In this document: one piece after another, positions 10,628 to 21,057 of the stretch | How the letters are laid out: each line of letters begins with the position of its first letter | Numbering within the stretch: the first letter of the stretch is position 1 | Source of the DNA: Promethearchaeota archaeon | Lineage (GTDB): Archaea; Asgardarchaeota; Hermodarchaeia; Hermodarchaeales; Hermodarchaeaceae | Direction: 5' to 3' | Assembly (NCBI GenBank): GCA_048939245.1 | Contig: JBHLPR010000002.1 | Span: forward strand, 20,332 to 84,331 | Length of the DNA stretch: 64,000 nt | Notes under the pieces: model-generated | Database searches by the model: none | Told to the model about the DNA's origin: nothing | What the model saw: the letters and a program-made list of their open reading frames with translations, nothing else | Translations under genes and position numbers: made by a program

Positions 10628-10716
10628 GAGTGTTCAGCCTCAGTTCTTATGGAATTAGCATTCTTGTAAGTTATACATAAAATAGACTTATGCATACTTT
10701 GCTTTAGTTATCCACA

Positions 10717-12648
10717 TTGGATGGAGGTTCTTCGTTGCTCACCATTGAGGATGAGTGGCTGGTCGATGATGCTGGTCGGAAGGTGTTACTCCGTGGTGTC
10801 AATCTTGGTGGGAGCTCCAAGGTGCCTTTTACTCCCAACGGAGCAACTCATCATGAAACAGATTTCACCGACTATGATGTGTCTTTTGTTGGTCGACCTT
10901 TTCCTCTCAAGGAAGCTGATAGGCACTTTCATCGAATTCGTCATTGGGGCTTTAATGCCCTCCGCTTTCTTGTCACCTGGGAAGCCATTGAACACAGTGG
11001 TCCTAGACAATATGATAAAGAGTATCTGGAGTTCGTTGAAGAAGTTCTCAAGGTGGCAGCTGAACATCAACTTTACACCTTCATCGATCCCCATCAAGAT
11101 TTATGGAGTCGTGCTTCTGGCGGTGATGGCGCTCCAATCTGGACCTTTGAAAAGGTTGGGCTTGATGTCACAAAATTCGATCAATCAGATGCGGCATTTG
11201 TGATGCAACATCGCTATGATCCTGAGAATCCCGATTCTTATCCTCCGATGTCGTGGCTGCAAAACTATGCCCGCTTCGCAACTTGTACGATGTTCACACT
11301 ATTCTTTGGTGGGAGTGTGTTTGCTCCCTTCTGTAAGGTTGAAGGTGTTCCGGTACAGGAGTATTTGCAGGAACACTATCTGAATGCCCTCAAGCAGGTA
11401 GCCCACCATGTTCATGACAATCCCTATGTGATTGGATTTGAAGCCATGAATGAACCTAGTCCAGGATGGATTGGGCAACGGGTGGACGGGGTGTCGAAAA
11501 TCATTTCTCGTGAGCTATTTTATGGTGTCACCCCCTTTGATGCGATGGCTCTTGCCGCTGGATTTCCACGAGAAATTCCTTATAGTCTCATTAAACGGTT
11601 TGCAGTGCGAGAAATTCGTCGCGACGTATTGAATCCCAAGGGCGTTAGTTGCTGGCTGGAGGGGTATTCGGATATCTGGCGGCAGCATAAGGTCTGGGAT
11701 GTTGATGAGACGGGAGAGCCGGTGATTCTTCAAAATAATCATTTTCGAGAAGTGAATGGTTCACAAGTGGATTTTTTGCACCAGTTTCTATCTCCGTTTA
11801 TCCAACGGTTCACAAATACGATTCGTGAAGTGTGTCCTAAAAGTTTAGTTGGAGTTGAACCACCACCGGAAACTGGCATGCGAGGGGAAGCGTTTCTTCG
11901 CGAACCACCTCCCAATAGTGTAAATAGCAGCCATTGGTATGATGAGCTTATGATGGGGTTAAGGCGATTTCGGGGATGGTTAAGCTATGACACAACACGG
12001 AGCAAGCTTGTGTTGGGGACGAAGAATGTGCAGAAGATGTACACCCGGCAACTTGCAAAAATCAAGGCATGTTCCCAAGAATCATGCGGTGGGATACCTA
12101 CGATTATCGGGGAATTTGGTGTATGTTTTGACCTAAATGATCGCGAGGGGTTTCGTTATTGGAAAATCAAACCAAAGAAAGCATGGCGGAAACACAGCAA
12201 GGCACTGACCATGTATTATAATGCCATGGATGCAAATCTTCTTCATTCCATGCTTTGGAACTACACAGCGGACAATGACAATACTTGGGGTGACCAATGG
12301 AATCAAGAGGACTTCTCTATTTTCAGTCTCTCCCAGCAAACAAATCCTGAAGACATCAACAGTGGTGAACGGGCTATTGAAGGATTCTGTCGCCCCCACT
12401 TTGTTGCCGTCGCTGGAACCCCGTTAATCATGAGTTTCTCAGCGAAGACGAAGGTGTTTGAATTCACATTTGAAGCCGATCCTAGCCTTGATGCGCCTTC
12501 GATTCTGTTTCTTCCACAAATTCATTATCCTCACGGTTTTCGAATTGAGCCTCCAGATCTTGATTTGGAAGAAACCCAAAACCCCCAATTACTCGCGTTT
12601 CAAGTTCCTACTTCCGGAATTCACAAAATAAAAATCCGATCAGTCTAG
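10717..12648 (+). CDS. Glycoside hydrolase family 5, endoglycoceramidase/steryl-beta-glucosidase-like
   Basis: GRKVLLRGVNLGG, TWEAIEH, IDPHQDLWSR..GGDGAP; acid/base NEP, HWY, nucleophile GEFG; WNYT; C-terminal beta domain. Confidence 0.88.
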   Translation: MDGGSSLLTIEDEWLVDDAGRKVLLRGVNLGGSSKVPFTPNGATHHETDFTDYDVSFVGRPFPLKEADRHFHRIRHWGFNALRFLVTWEAIEHSGPRQYDKEYLEFVEEVLKVAAEHQLYTFIDPHQDLWSRASGGDGAPIWTFEKVGLDVTKFDQSDAAFVMQHRYDPENPDSYPPMSWLQNYARFATCTMFTLFFGGSVFAPFCKVEGVPVQEYLQEHYLNALKQVAHHVHDNPYVIGFEAMNEPSPGWIGQRVDGVSKIISRELFYGVTPFDAMALAAGFPREIPYSLIKRFAVREIRRDVLNPKGVSCWLEGYSDIWRQHKVWDVDETGEPVILQNNHFREVNGSQVDFLHQFLSPFIQRFTNTIREVCPKSLVGVEPPPETGMRGEAFLREPPPNSVNSSHWYDELMMGLRRFRGWLSYDTTRSKLVLGTKNVQKMYTRQLAKIKACSQESCGGIPTIIGEFGVCFDLNDREGFRYWKIKPKKAWRKHSKALTMYYNAMDANLLHSMLWNYTADNDNTWGDQWNQEDFSIFSLSQQTNPEDINSGERAIEGFCRPHFVAVAGTPLIMSFSAKTKVFEFTFEADPSLDAPSILFLPQIHYPHGFRIEPPDLDLEETQNPQLLAFQVPTSGIHKIKIRSV

Positions 12649-12696
12649 AATCTGCGAGCTGGTCTAAAATTGTCTAAATTGCTTAACGGTGTGCCA

Positions 12697-13719
12697 TTAA
12701 CCCCATTTGATACAGGTCGAAGACCACGTATAGCCAATTCCCGCAGCAGCCATACAGACTAAATCTCCCTTCTTGATTTTTCCTACCTTCAGTCCTTCCT
12801 CAATGGAAACGATTGCGTCATTTTGCCCCATATGCCCCCATTCTTCAAAGTAGGTCGTTTGATTCATGGTCAACCCCAATTCATTTAGTACGTAAATGAA
12901 AGCGGAGCGTTTCATATGCAATAAGGCAAGGTAATCGATGTCTTTGATGGCGTAGCCACTCCGTTCTGTCGCTTCTTTGACGACACTAATGAAGTTTTGC
13001 ATGGATAGTTTATCCAGGCGTTCTTTCATACTAGCAGGGTCTGGAACATCAAGGTATTGAAGACCTTGTTCAATGGCTTCACAGCTGATGGGAATTTCTG
13101 TTCCTCCCGCAGGACAATAGACATCATCAGCGAAAGCTCCATCAGTTATAATTGCCGTTTCTAATACTTGATTTTGAGGATAATCTCGTTGAAGAATAGC
13201 GGCTACTCCGCTAGCTGCTAAGCTAAACATGAAGCGGCTACGTTCATTCTGATAATTGATTAGATCACAATTTTGGTATCCGCTAGCAAGGAGAATCGTG
13301 TGAATCTCTGGCTCAGTTGTCATTAGCGCTTTAGCGAGACGAATGCCACTCATCAAGGTGGCACAGCGGGCATTTAGGTCCAAAGCCCACGCGTTTGTAG
13401 CGTGGATTTTATGGGAGAGTTTAACGCCTGCTACTTGCATTGGCCGTTCAATAAATGTCTCTCCTGTCCACAGGATTACATCGATATCTGTTGCTGTGAT
13501 ATCTTTGGCTTTTTTTAGGGCTGTTTTCGCTGCTCGGGTTCCCATGGTGACTGGTCCATCTTCAGGACCACCGACAGTTTTACTCTTGAGCCCGAATTTA
13601 GTTTTTAAAATATCTTCAGGAATTCCGGTTTGTTCCTCGATATAGGCTGCAGTGTGCAGGTGTTTAGGTAGATATACTCCTGTGCTAACAAGTCCCATCT
13701 TAACCGGAGAATTTGTCAA
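12697..13719 (-). CDS. 3-oxoacyl-ACP synthase III (FabH-like) condensing enzyme
   Basis: Catalytic Cys (NARCAT), LLHMK, WGHMGQND, AAGIGYTW. Confidence 0.85.
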   Translation of the reverse strand: MTNSPVKMGLVSTGVYLPKHLHTAAYIEEQTGIPEDILKTKFGLKSKTVGGPEDGPVTMGTRAAKTALKKAKDITATDIDVILWTGETFIERPMQVAGVKLSHKIHATNAWALDLNARCATLMSGIRLAKALMTTEPEIHTILLASGYQNCDLINYQNERSRFMFSLAASGVAAILQRDYPQNQVLETAIITDGAFADDVYCPAGGTEIPISCEAIEQGLQYLDVPDPASMKERLDKLSMQNFISVVKEATERSGYAIKDIDYLALLHMKRSAFIYVLNELGLTMNQTTYFEEWGHMGQNDAIVSIEEGLKVGKIKKGDLVCMAAAGIGYTWSSTCIKWG

Positions 13720-13791
13720 GGTCCATCACCATAAGTTAGAAGCGTTTAAGGTTGATGAATGCCTAGGGCACGCTTGAGGTTAAAAACCTGA

Positions 13792-15186
13792 TTAGGTTTC
13801 CATCTCTGCTTCTTTTTTAGTTTGATCTTCAAATCTTTGCCGGGTTTGATTTTCGGTGGTACTGATGTCCTTGCGAATATTCCAAATAATGGGGAATGTT
13901 GCAGCTGCACCTACAAAGAAGAACAAACAGATGATAGCAAACGCCATTGAATAAAAACCGCCAAAAAGTGTGACGGCGATGGTGGGGACTAGCTGAGTGC
14001 CTAGCGCAACGCCAATCACGTGAGCTAGCATATTTAGAGATAGAGCGGTGCTTCGGATTTCTGGCGGGTTGACATCGCCAGCACTCACATAGATTAATGG
14101 GGTGATTCCTGCATCAAAGAGGGTTCCTATGAAGATGAGACAGAAAAAGATGAAAGTTGCCGGATTTAGAAAGAGGTCTAATATAGTTGAGCTAGGGGCA
14201 ACAGTGAACGGATAAAGACTTGCAGTGATGAGAATGGGACCTGCTACTAGACAGCATAGAAGAATCAGGTAAGCTCGTCCTCGTCGATTCCGTCTGAAAA
14301 ACCGATCACCTAGTCTGCCAAAGACGGCGGTTCCAATGATTTGGCTTGCGAGGGCGATGGTCATGAATAAGGTAGCGACGAAGATACTGAGACTATGGTC
14401 AACATTGAGCCACCGAACCGCCCAAGCTCCAAAAGCAGCAGTGGGAATAATAGCGATAATTCCTACTATGAGTAACCATATGTTCGTTCCTTTTCGCCAC
14501 ATGAGTTGCAGGTCTTTACGATTCAGTGTATAAGAATAAACAGTGTCAGTGTCTAACAAGTCGACTAGGCATTCTTCGTGTTGTGCTCGTGGGGGTTCAC
14601 GGGTCAGGAATAAGAGCAAGCCGGTAGTAACTCCGAAGACTGTAATAGCGAGAAAAGGCGTTTGCCAACCAAAAGTCTCTACTAATAGCCCTGAGATGAT
14701 ATATCCAAGTCCATATCCTGCGCCGGCTGCAGTCCCTAGGATTCCAATGGTCGTGGACCGATAGTGTGCAGGGACACAATCAATGGTCATCGAGAGTGAG
14801 AGAGGACCTGCGGCACCTACACCAATGGCGGCAAGACTGTAAAAGAGTAGCAGCTGCCAATATGTGATGAATGGAAGAAGGAGGGGGATAAACCAAAACA
14901 CCCAGAAGAAGGTGCTAATAATGAGAAGATTTCGCCGGGCTGAACGGTCCGCCATATAAGCCCAGGGGATGGCAGTGAAACCGGAGATGAGTAGAAAGAT
15001 GGTCACGATGAGGGCAATCCAGTCATCTGAAGGAACGCCCAAAGCGGTAACAAGGACTCCGGTCATCGGGGGTAATAGAGCACTGGCTGCCGCGATTACA
15101 ATGCCGAGAATGAACAGGATGCCATAAGTCAACCTATCACGCCCCTGCCATGGTTTTGTAGGGGGAGATTTGTTTGTGGTTTCCAT
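13792..15186 (-). CDS. MFS transporter
   Basis: 12 TM; motif A-like YMADRSARR and GRLGDRF. Confidence 0.88.
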   Translation of the reverse strand: METTNKSPPTKPWQGRDRLTYGILFILGIVIAAASALLPPMTGVLVTALGVPSDDWIALIVTIFLLISGFTAIPWAYMADRSARRNLLIISTFFWVFWFIPLLLPFITYWQLLLFYSLAAIGVGAAGPLSLSMTIDCVPAHYRSTTIGILGTAAGAGYGLGYIISGLLVETFGWQTPFLAITVFGVTTGLLLFLTREPPRAQHEECLVDLLDTDTVYSYTLNRKDLQLMWRKGTNIWLLIVGIIAIIPTAAFGAWAVRWLNVDHSLSIFVATLFMTIALASQIIGTAVFGRLGDRFFRRNRRGRAYLILLCCLVAGPILITASLYPFTVAPSSTILDLFLNPATFIFFCLIFIGTLFDAGITPLIYVSAGDVNPPEIRSTALSLNMLAHVIGVALGTQLVPTIAVTLFGGFYSMAFAIICLFFFVGAAATFPIIWNIRKDISTTENQTRQRFEDQTKKEAEMET

Positions 15187-15344
15187 GGTATAGCCCCAAA
15201 TTTTACCGGTAACCAATCGCTTAATGATTTAATGTCTTTCTATCCTATTGGAAAAGGTGTTACAGTATTTGGTTGAAAAGTTCTTGGGCTGTGAAAAAAT
15301 CTTAAAGGGATAGTGTAATAGCCCCTCAATTTGAATGCGAGTAT

Positions 15345-16571
15345 TTGGTGGCTAAGATAGTGAATCAAAGGAATACAACCTTATTAATCACTGGCGCTTC
15401 GCACGGTTTGGTTCACCTGTTAATGCTCGCTCTTCCCTATATTACTACAAAGCTCTTGTTGGTTGCTCCCACACCTCCAGGTACTGAATGGCTCGTTGTC
15501 TTGCTTCTCAATACCCCGGCTTATTTTGTTTTTGGGTTTGGTGCTCTTCCTGCTGGGGTTCTTTGTGATCGAATTGGTCCTCGAAAGGTGATTGTCTTAG
15601 GTTTGTTGCTTTCAGTATTTTCAGGAGTTGCCCTCTTCTTTTTGTGGCCCTTTGGTATCGGTATTATCGCATTCCTCTTCATGACTTACGCGTTTGGAGC
15701 TGGTTTGTATCATCCTGCTGGAACAACTTGGGTTTCTAATACCTTCGTAACGGACCGTGGGAAGGCCTTAGGTCGTCATGGCATCGGTGGAAGTATTGGT
15801 CAAATGATGGCACCCCTCATTTCTGCAATTATTTTGAGCACGATTTTTTGGCCAATCATCTTTCTCTTTCTAGCCGCTGTTGGCATTATAATAGCCTTCA
15901 TAATTCTACGTGTGTCCGTTCAAACAGCTGAAATGCGAAGTGCTTCCAATTCAAACACAGGAGAAAGTGGCAACTTCTTTAGCCTTGTAACTCCGGCAAT
16001 GATGTTCATCGTTTCCATAATTCTCGTTGCAAGAGGGATGCTGTATCGCGGAACCGTAACTGCTCTTCCTGTATACATTACCTTAGAATTAGGGACTCTG
16101 CTAGTAATCGCAGGCTTCATTGGAACCCTCGTGTACGTTGGAGGAATTTTTGGGCAAGAAATTGGCGGGCGACTCACTGATCACTTTGGTTGGCGGCGAG
16201 TTCTAGCAAGCATGACATTAGTTACAACTGGATCTTTAGTACTCTTATCAGTTCCATACACTCTCACCATCTGGAATGACGCCTTGCTGATCTTTTCTGT
16301 GCTTTTATTCGGCTTCTCCTACTTTGCTGCACAAGCCGCAACGAATACGATGATCGCTAGCCTATCAAATCCAGAAAGTCGGGGTCAGGTGTTCGGGTGG
16401 AGTTTCTTCAGTCGCTTTGGTCTCGGCGCATTTGGAATTCCCATCATCACAGTTAGTGCCTTTCTGTTTGGCACATGGGTAGCTGGATTCTTCCTAATGG
16501 CACTTCTTGGGGTTCTTGCTGCGGTACTGGTGACAGTTGTTCACCAGCGTCGTACCGATAAGGTTAGCTAA
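15345..16571 (+). CDS. MFS transporter
   Basis: GVLCDRIGPRK, GLYHP, GRLTDHFGWRR. Confidence 0.9.
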   Translation: MVAKIVNQRNTTLLITGASHGLVHLLMLALPYITTKLLLVAPTPPGTEWLVVLLLNTPAYFVFGFGALPAGVLCDRIGPRKVIVLGLLLSVFSGVALFFLWPFGIGIIAFLFMTYAFGAGLYHPAGTTWVSNTFVTDRGKALGRHGIGGSIGQMMAPLISAIILSTIFWPIIFLFLAAVGIIIAFIILRVSVQTAEMRSASNSNTGESGNFFSLVTPAMMFIVSIILVARGMLYRGTVTALPVYITLELGTLLVIAGFIGTLVYVGGIFGQEIGGRLTDHFGWRRVLASMTLVTTGSLVLLSVPYTLTIWNDALLIFSVLLFGFSYFAAQAATNTMIASLSNPESRGQVFGWSFFSRFGLGAFGIPIITVSAFLFGTWVAGFFLMALLGVLAAVLVTVVHQRRTDKVS

Positions 16572-16634
16572 GAATTTACAATGTTCAGAAATCTTTTAGC
16601 TTTGAATTAATTTGGAGTTAGCAGGAGAAAGACG

Positions 16635-17447
16635 ATGAATGAAACCTTGACTGGTAATGGCATCCCCATTGTTGCCCGGGAATTGGTTCGGGAGTTTGGG
16701 AAGGTCGTTGCAGTGGATCACCTCTCTTTCGAAGTCCGTCCAGGTGAAATCTATGGGCTGCTTGGACCGAATGGTGCTGGAAAAACTACGACTGTGAAAA
16801 TGGTCAGTGGCCTGCTTCCACCAACTCTTGGAGAAGTCGAAGTGTTTGGTTTTGATCCCATGAATCAACCAATCGAAGTGAAAAACCGAATTGGCTTGGT
16901 TCCCGAAGACCACATTCTCTATGAATCCCTAACCCCTCGAGAATTTTTTAATTTCATCGCATCCATTCGTCAACTCGACCAAGGGTGGCTGAAGAAACGG
17001 GTCACATCATTGATTGACGCTTTCGAGTTTCGAGAGTATTATGATAAGCCTATTGCGGCGTTAAGCCATGGAAACAGGCAAAAAGCCAGTATCCTTGCCG
17101 CCATCCTCCACGATCCCCCTCTCTTAGTACTAGATGAGCCATTCAGTGGGTTAGATGCTCGCACGGTTCGGGTGTTTAAGGACATCTTAAGTATTCACTT
17201 AGAAAATGGGGGTGGGGTGCTGTTTAGTAGTCACATTCTCGAGGTGGCTGAAAGTCTTTGTGACCGGATTGGAATCATTGATGACGGTAGAATGGTGGCA
17301 GAAGGAACGGTTGATGAATTACGGGAGATGGTCAAAGCTCATGGGTCGTTAGAAGAAATCTTTCTCCGCGCCGTTCAGCAGGATGCTGAAGTTGCAGAAA
17401 CTGTTCAAGCACTCCGAAAAGCCTTAGCAAAGAATAATGATCAGTGA
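16635..17447 (+). CDS. ABC transporter ATP-binding protein (exporter type)
   Basis: GPNGAGKTT, LSHGNRQK, LDEPFSGLD, SSH. Confidence 0.93.
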   Translation: MNETLTGNGIPIVARELVREFGKVVAVDHLSFEVRPGEIYGLLGPNGAGKTTTVKMVSGLLPPTLGEVEVFGFDPMNQPIEVKNRIGLVPEDHILYESLTPREFFNFIASIRQLDQGWLKKRVTSLIDAFEFREYYDKPIAALSHGNRQKASILAAILHDPPLLVLDEPFSGLDARTVRVFKDILSIHLENGGGVLFSSHILEVAESLCDRIGIIDDGRMVAEGTVDELREMVKAHGSLEEIFLRAVQQDAEVAETVQALRKALAKNNDQ

Positions 17448-19188
17448 TGTTCTGGGTGGGTTAGAAACCTTGTCAACACTCATGGAGACACAACAGAACA
17501 TTGGTTGGCGGGAAGCCTGGAGAATTGCAGGAAAGATTGCGTTCGAGGTGCAGTTCCGATCTGCAATGTCCATGAGCTCCGGGGCAATGACTCAGACGGT
17601 CGAAAAGCAAATCGATAAAGCTCGAAGTAATGCCCGCTTTAGCAAGTTGACTGTCAGCATTTTCATTACTATGCTAGCTGCAGTGTTTGGCTTTGTGGTG
17701 TGGGGTACCCTTAGTGGCCTCTATGGAACACCTGAAGAATTCCGATGGATTACCATTGCATTCACGGTGTCCATCTTCTGCTCATTGGGTTTCGCGTTCC
17801 TTGTTTTTTGGGGAATTATGGTTTCTACTTCGTTTATTTCATCCAATGCCGCTAGCATCGGTCATTATCTTCCGGTCTCTCGAGTGGATACAGGAAAATT
17901 GGCTCTCCTGTCGTATGTGCGTTTATTTGATGCCCAGATGATATCTATCGTCGTTGGATTTCCCCTAGCCTATGCTATTGCCCTTTATTTTGTGTCTGGA
18001 CTCGCTATTCCCGCATTTCTTGGCTACCTCGCTTGTCTTGTCGGCTTTCTCGTCAGCGTCGGGCTAGCAATCACCACTATGCTCTTACTTGCTCTCTACT
18101 TTTATACTCGTATCCAATCAACCGGTGGATCCCGACTCGGATCAATAGTACGATTATTATTCATCGTACTTTGGGTAGTAGCTATCATGGGATTTTCCTT
18201 AGCCTTCCAGCTACTGAACATCATCATCCCCCTCCTTGAAGGTCTGGCGATCCAACTAACCCCCTTTTGGTATCTCCTCTATTTTGCATATCCTTTCTCC
18301 ATGGGCACGTTCGTCGTGTTAGCTACCGGAATTCCCGGTACCCCCGCCTTTTGGCTAGATTTCGTAGTTGTCGGATTTTATGTGGCCTTAGCGCTCATTG
18401 GGCTTCGTTGGTCGCGCAATTTCCTGCAACATATTGGCACAGGTGCTGTTACAGTTTCTACTTCGAATGTTGTTCATCCTGTCACTGTTAAATTAAGTCG
18501 TGTCGGAGTTGCTCTGTTGCGGAAGGACTTGCGAATCGCCACGAGAACTCCTGGGCAGGCAATAATGTTCTTTCTTCCCTTCATAACCATGCTTCCGATT
18601 TTCCTCCAGTTTATCTGGGAAATTGGGGTAGTACACGTCTCCGATCTTCTCATTTTCATCGTTATTCCAACAGTCATGTTGGGGTTTTTCTCCATCTTCT
18701 TTCTCAGTGTAGAAGCTCGCGGAATGGCTTACACGATGACCTTACCATTGCCAACTGAAAGAATTCTTCGAGCAAAAGCACAACTGTTAACTTTAACAGC
18801 GATTGCCATTCCAGTTTTTGTGATAGCCATCTCATTCTTTAAGCCATTCACGAATCCGGTTTCCTTTCTCATTGCCGCATCGATGGTGCCTACTGTTTAT
18901 GTTTCCGCCTATATCACCCTGGTCTTATTTACACGGGTCGTTGGAGGAGGGCGCCTTATTGGTTTTGAATTAGGTCAACATATAACCCAAATGATGCTTG
19001 TCGGAGTGTTGAGCGCATTGATTGCTTTCATTCCAATCGGAATATTTGCTGCTTGCTGGTTTACAATTTTCTTGTCGGGCTATCCAGTACAAATTGCTCA
19101 TTTCGTCGCGCTTGCCGGCTTATGGTTGGGCATTATCGTGAACTATCTGCTCGGAAAAATACTCGCGCGATTTCTGATAATTGGCTAG
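17437..19188 (+). CDS. ABC exporter permease
   Basis: Multi-TM, overlaps the ATPase gene; LLRKDLR..R and LPLP..ILRAK ABC-2-like motifs. Confidence 0.75.
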   Translation: MISDVLGGLETLSTLMETQQNIGWREAWRIAGKIAFEVQFRSAMSMSSGAMTQTVEKQIDKARSNARFSKLTVSIFITMLAAVFGFVVWGTLSGLYGTPEEFRWITIAFTVSIFCSLGFAFLVFWGIMVSTSFISSNAASIGHYLPVSRVDTGKLALLSYVRLFDAQMISIVVGFPLAYAIALYFVSGLAIPAFLGYLACLVGFLVSVGLAITTMLLLALYFYTRIQSTGGSRLGSIVRLLFIVLWVVAIMGFSLAFQLLNIIIPLLEGLAIQLTPFWYLLYFAYPFSMGTFVVLATGIPGTPAFWLDFVVVGFYVALALIGLRWSRNFLQHIGTGAVTVSTSNVVHPVTVKLSRVGVALLRKDLRIATRTPGQAIMFFLPFITMLPIFLQFIWEIGVVHVSDLLIFIVIPTVMLGFFSIFFLSVEARGMAYTMTLPLPTERILRAKAQLLTLTAIAIPVFVIAISFFKPFTNPVSFLIAASMVPTVYVSAYITLVLFTRVVGGGRLIGFELGQHITQMMLVGVLSALIAFIPIGIFAACWFTIFLSGYPVQIAHFVALAGLWLGIIVNYLLGKILARFLIIG

Positions 19189-19228
19189 GGGCACTCGCTT
19201 TTTACATTGGAACTAATCTCTAGCGGAC

Positions 19229-19843
19229 TTACGGTTTCATGAGTTTTTCTAATAAAACGTACAGGCGGTCCATGGTTTTGTAAAGCGTTTTCAATCCCCG
19301 TTTATCTGCTTCAGCACCTTTCGCACGCTTGTCTTTGGACCAGATTGTTGCCCCAAGGTTTGCGCCAAATGCTCCACCACCTGTCGATAAGATATGATTG
19401 ATGATATAGAAATCATGAATGGTGCGCAGCGTTGGTTCTTGACCTCCACTCCGGTCGCCACCGACTGCAATTCCTGTCCCGATTTTTCCTTCAAAGATGT
19501 CGGGTTGTCGTACAACCATTGCTCGCGTGCGATCTAAGAGGGTTTTGAGTTGACCGCTGATATTGCCTTGATAGACTGGGCTGCCAAGAACATAGGCTTG
19601 TGCCCATTCCATGAGTTCATAGACTTCAACCATGTCATCTTTAAAGACACACCCTTCTTTCTTTCGAATGCAGTAATCACAATGAATACAAAAATTCAGT
19701 TTCTTCCCAGCCACTGAGAAATACTTCGTTTCTACCGCGAATTTGTTCTTCAAATACTTGAGGGCTTCTTGGACGATATAATCGGTGGCCGCTTTTCGCG
19801 GACTTCCAGATATCCCAAGAACTCGATACGGGAGATTACTCAT
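19229..19843 (-). CDS. Iron-sulfur flavoprotein (Isf) / flavodoxin-like FMN reductase family
   Basis: GISGSPRK, CIHCDYC-x5-C, GSPVYQG, GGDRSGGQE. Confidence 0.88.
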   Translation of the reverse strand: MSNLPYRVLGISGSPRKAATDYIVQEALKYLKNKFAVETKYFSVAGKKLNFCIHCDYCIRKKEGCVFKDDMVEVYELMEWAQAYVLGSPVYQGNISGQLKTLLDRTRAMVVRQPDIFEGKIGTGIAVGGDRSGGQEPTLRTIHDFYIINHILSTGGGAFGANLGATIWSKDKRAKGAEADKRGLKTLYKTMDRLYVLLEKLMKP

Positions 19844-20205
19844 TAAGGTGCACCATTACCACCATTGGCTTAGCGTTTTATCTACCTTCTCAATTATCAA
19901 CACGCAATCGTAAAGCACTTCATACGTAATCTATCTGATTCTTATTAAGCTATTAATCGACGTAGTGTACGGAAACTTTCAATCCCTAGATGCAAACTTG
20001 AAGGAGGGCTGTAATAGACTAGTGATGTGGTGCTCAGTTGCACTCATCAAGTAAGAATTCAACCGCGCCTTTCTTCCTCGGCACTGTAATCTTATAATAG
20101 CACCTTTCCTCACGGAGTGTAGCTACGTCATTCGAAGAGCTCGTCTACCGCCAATAGAAAAGTGTCAAAACTTGATTCCTTGGGAAAAAATGTCAAGCTG
20201 CTTAA

Positions 20206-20260
20206 TTTATAAGGTGACTAAGAGAGAATCCTAGTCAATTGCTTCTTTAAAGAAGTAATT
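20206..20260 (+). promoter_or_regulatory. TATA box followed by a 24-bp near-perfect palindrome (putative operator)
   Basis: TTTATAA at about 20206-20212; AATTGCTTCTTT|AAAGAAGTAATT at 20237-20260 (one mismatch). Confidence 0.45.
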
Positions 20261-20279
20261 AAATTTCAATCTACGAAAG

Positions 20280-20657
20280 GTGAAAAAATTGGCTGATCGT
20301 CCTATTGGGGTAACAATAATCGCTATCCTACAACTCATCGGCGCTATTGCGTTTCTTGCGCTTGGTGCTCTCTCTGTGATGAATGGCATGGCAATTCCGC
20401 TATTGGGAATTATTCTAATGGCTTTTGGTGCTTTCATGGTTATCTGGGGTATCATTGGGCTCATCCTATTCTGGGGACTCTTTGCAATGAAGGGCTGGGC
20501 CTGGCTAATCACATTGCTTTTCAATATAATTGGTTTAGTCACCGGTATCTTTGGATTCTACAATTCTGCTTTTACTGACTTTACACAGTTGGTCAATGTC
20601 ATCATCCCACTCATAATCGTAATTTATCTCTTCTTCGTTAGAGATGCCTTCAAGTAG
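20280..20657 (+). CDS. Small 4-TM membrane protein
   Basis: RPIGVTIIAIL ... GLFAMKGWAW ... IVIYLF.VRDAF; followed by a terminator. Confidence 0.75.
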   Translation: MKKLADRPIGVTIIAILQLIGAIAFLALGALSVMNGMAIPLLGIILMAFGAFMVIWGIIGLILFWGLFAMKGWAWLITLLFNIIGLVTGIFGFYNSAFTDFTQLVNVIIPLIIVIYLFFVRDAFK

Positions 20658-20687
20658 TCTACCCCACATTATATACGCTATTTTTAT

Positions 20688-20722
20688 CGGTGCCCTCTTT
20701 TGGGGCACCGTCCACTATTTTT
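20688..20722 (+). terminator. GC-rich hairpin plus T-tract
   Basis: CGGTGCCCT-ctttt-GGGGCACCG, then tccactattttt; the G.U pair favours the + strand. Confidence 0.7.
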
Positions 20723-21057
20723 CCTATCATCAAAGCAATACTATTAGAAACATCAGGGATCCTCGTCTCCTTTTGAACTGTGAATCAGTCTTGTGAAGCG
20801 TGGTAAATCAAAAAATCTAAACCTTATTGCAATAGAATAATTGGAAAGATTTTCGTTGGCTATTCCCTCAATAAGCCCCGAATTTCCTAATCCAAAAAAT
20901 TATGCTACCGGGGTTCACATGCGTTTGAACCTGAATAGCTGATAGTTATTCGCCAATAGAAATGCTGTTGAAAACGATTTATACAATAGTTCTCGAAAAA
21001 GAGATAACCCAAATAACCTGATACCATCTAAATATTATGGATACGAGCTGGTCTGTG

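Noticed and set aside
10628-10637. Third GAGTGTTCAG copy
   Set aside because: Lacks the CTGAAC arm at N16 and coincides with the DinB ribosome-binding region.
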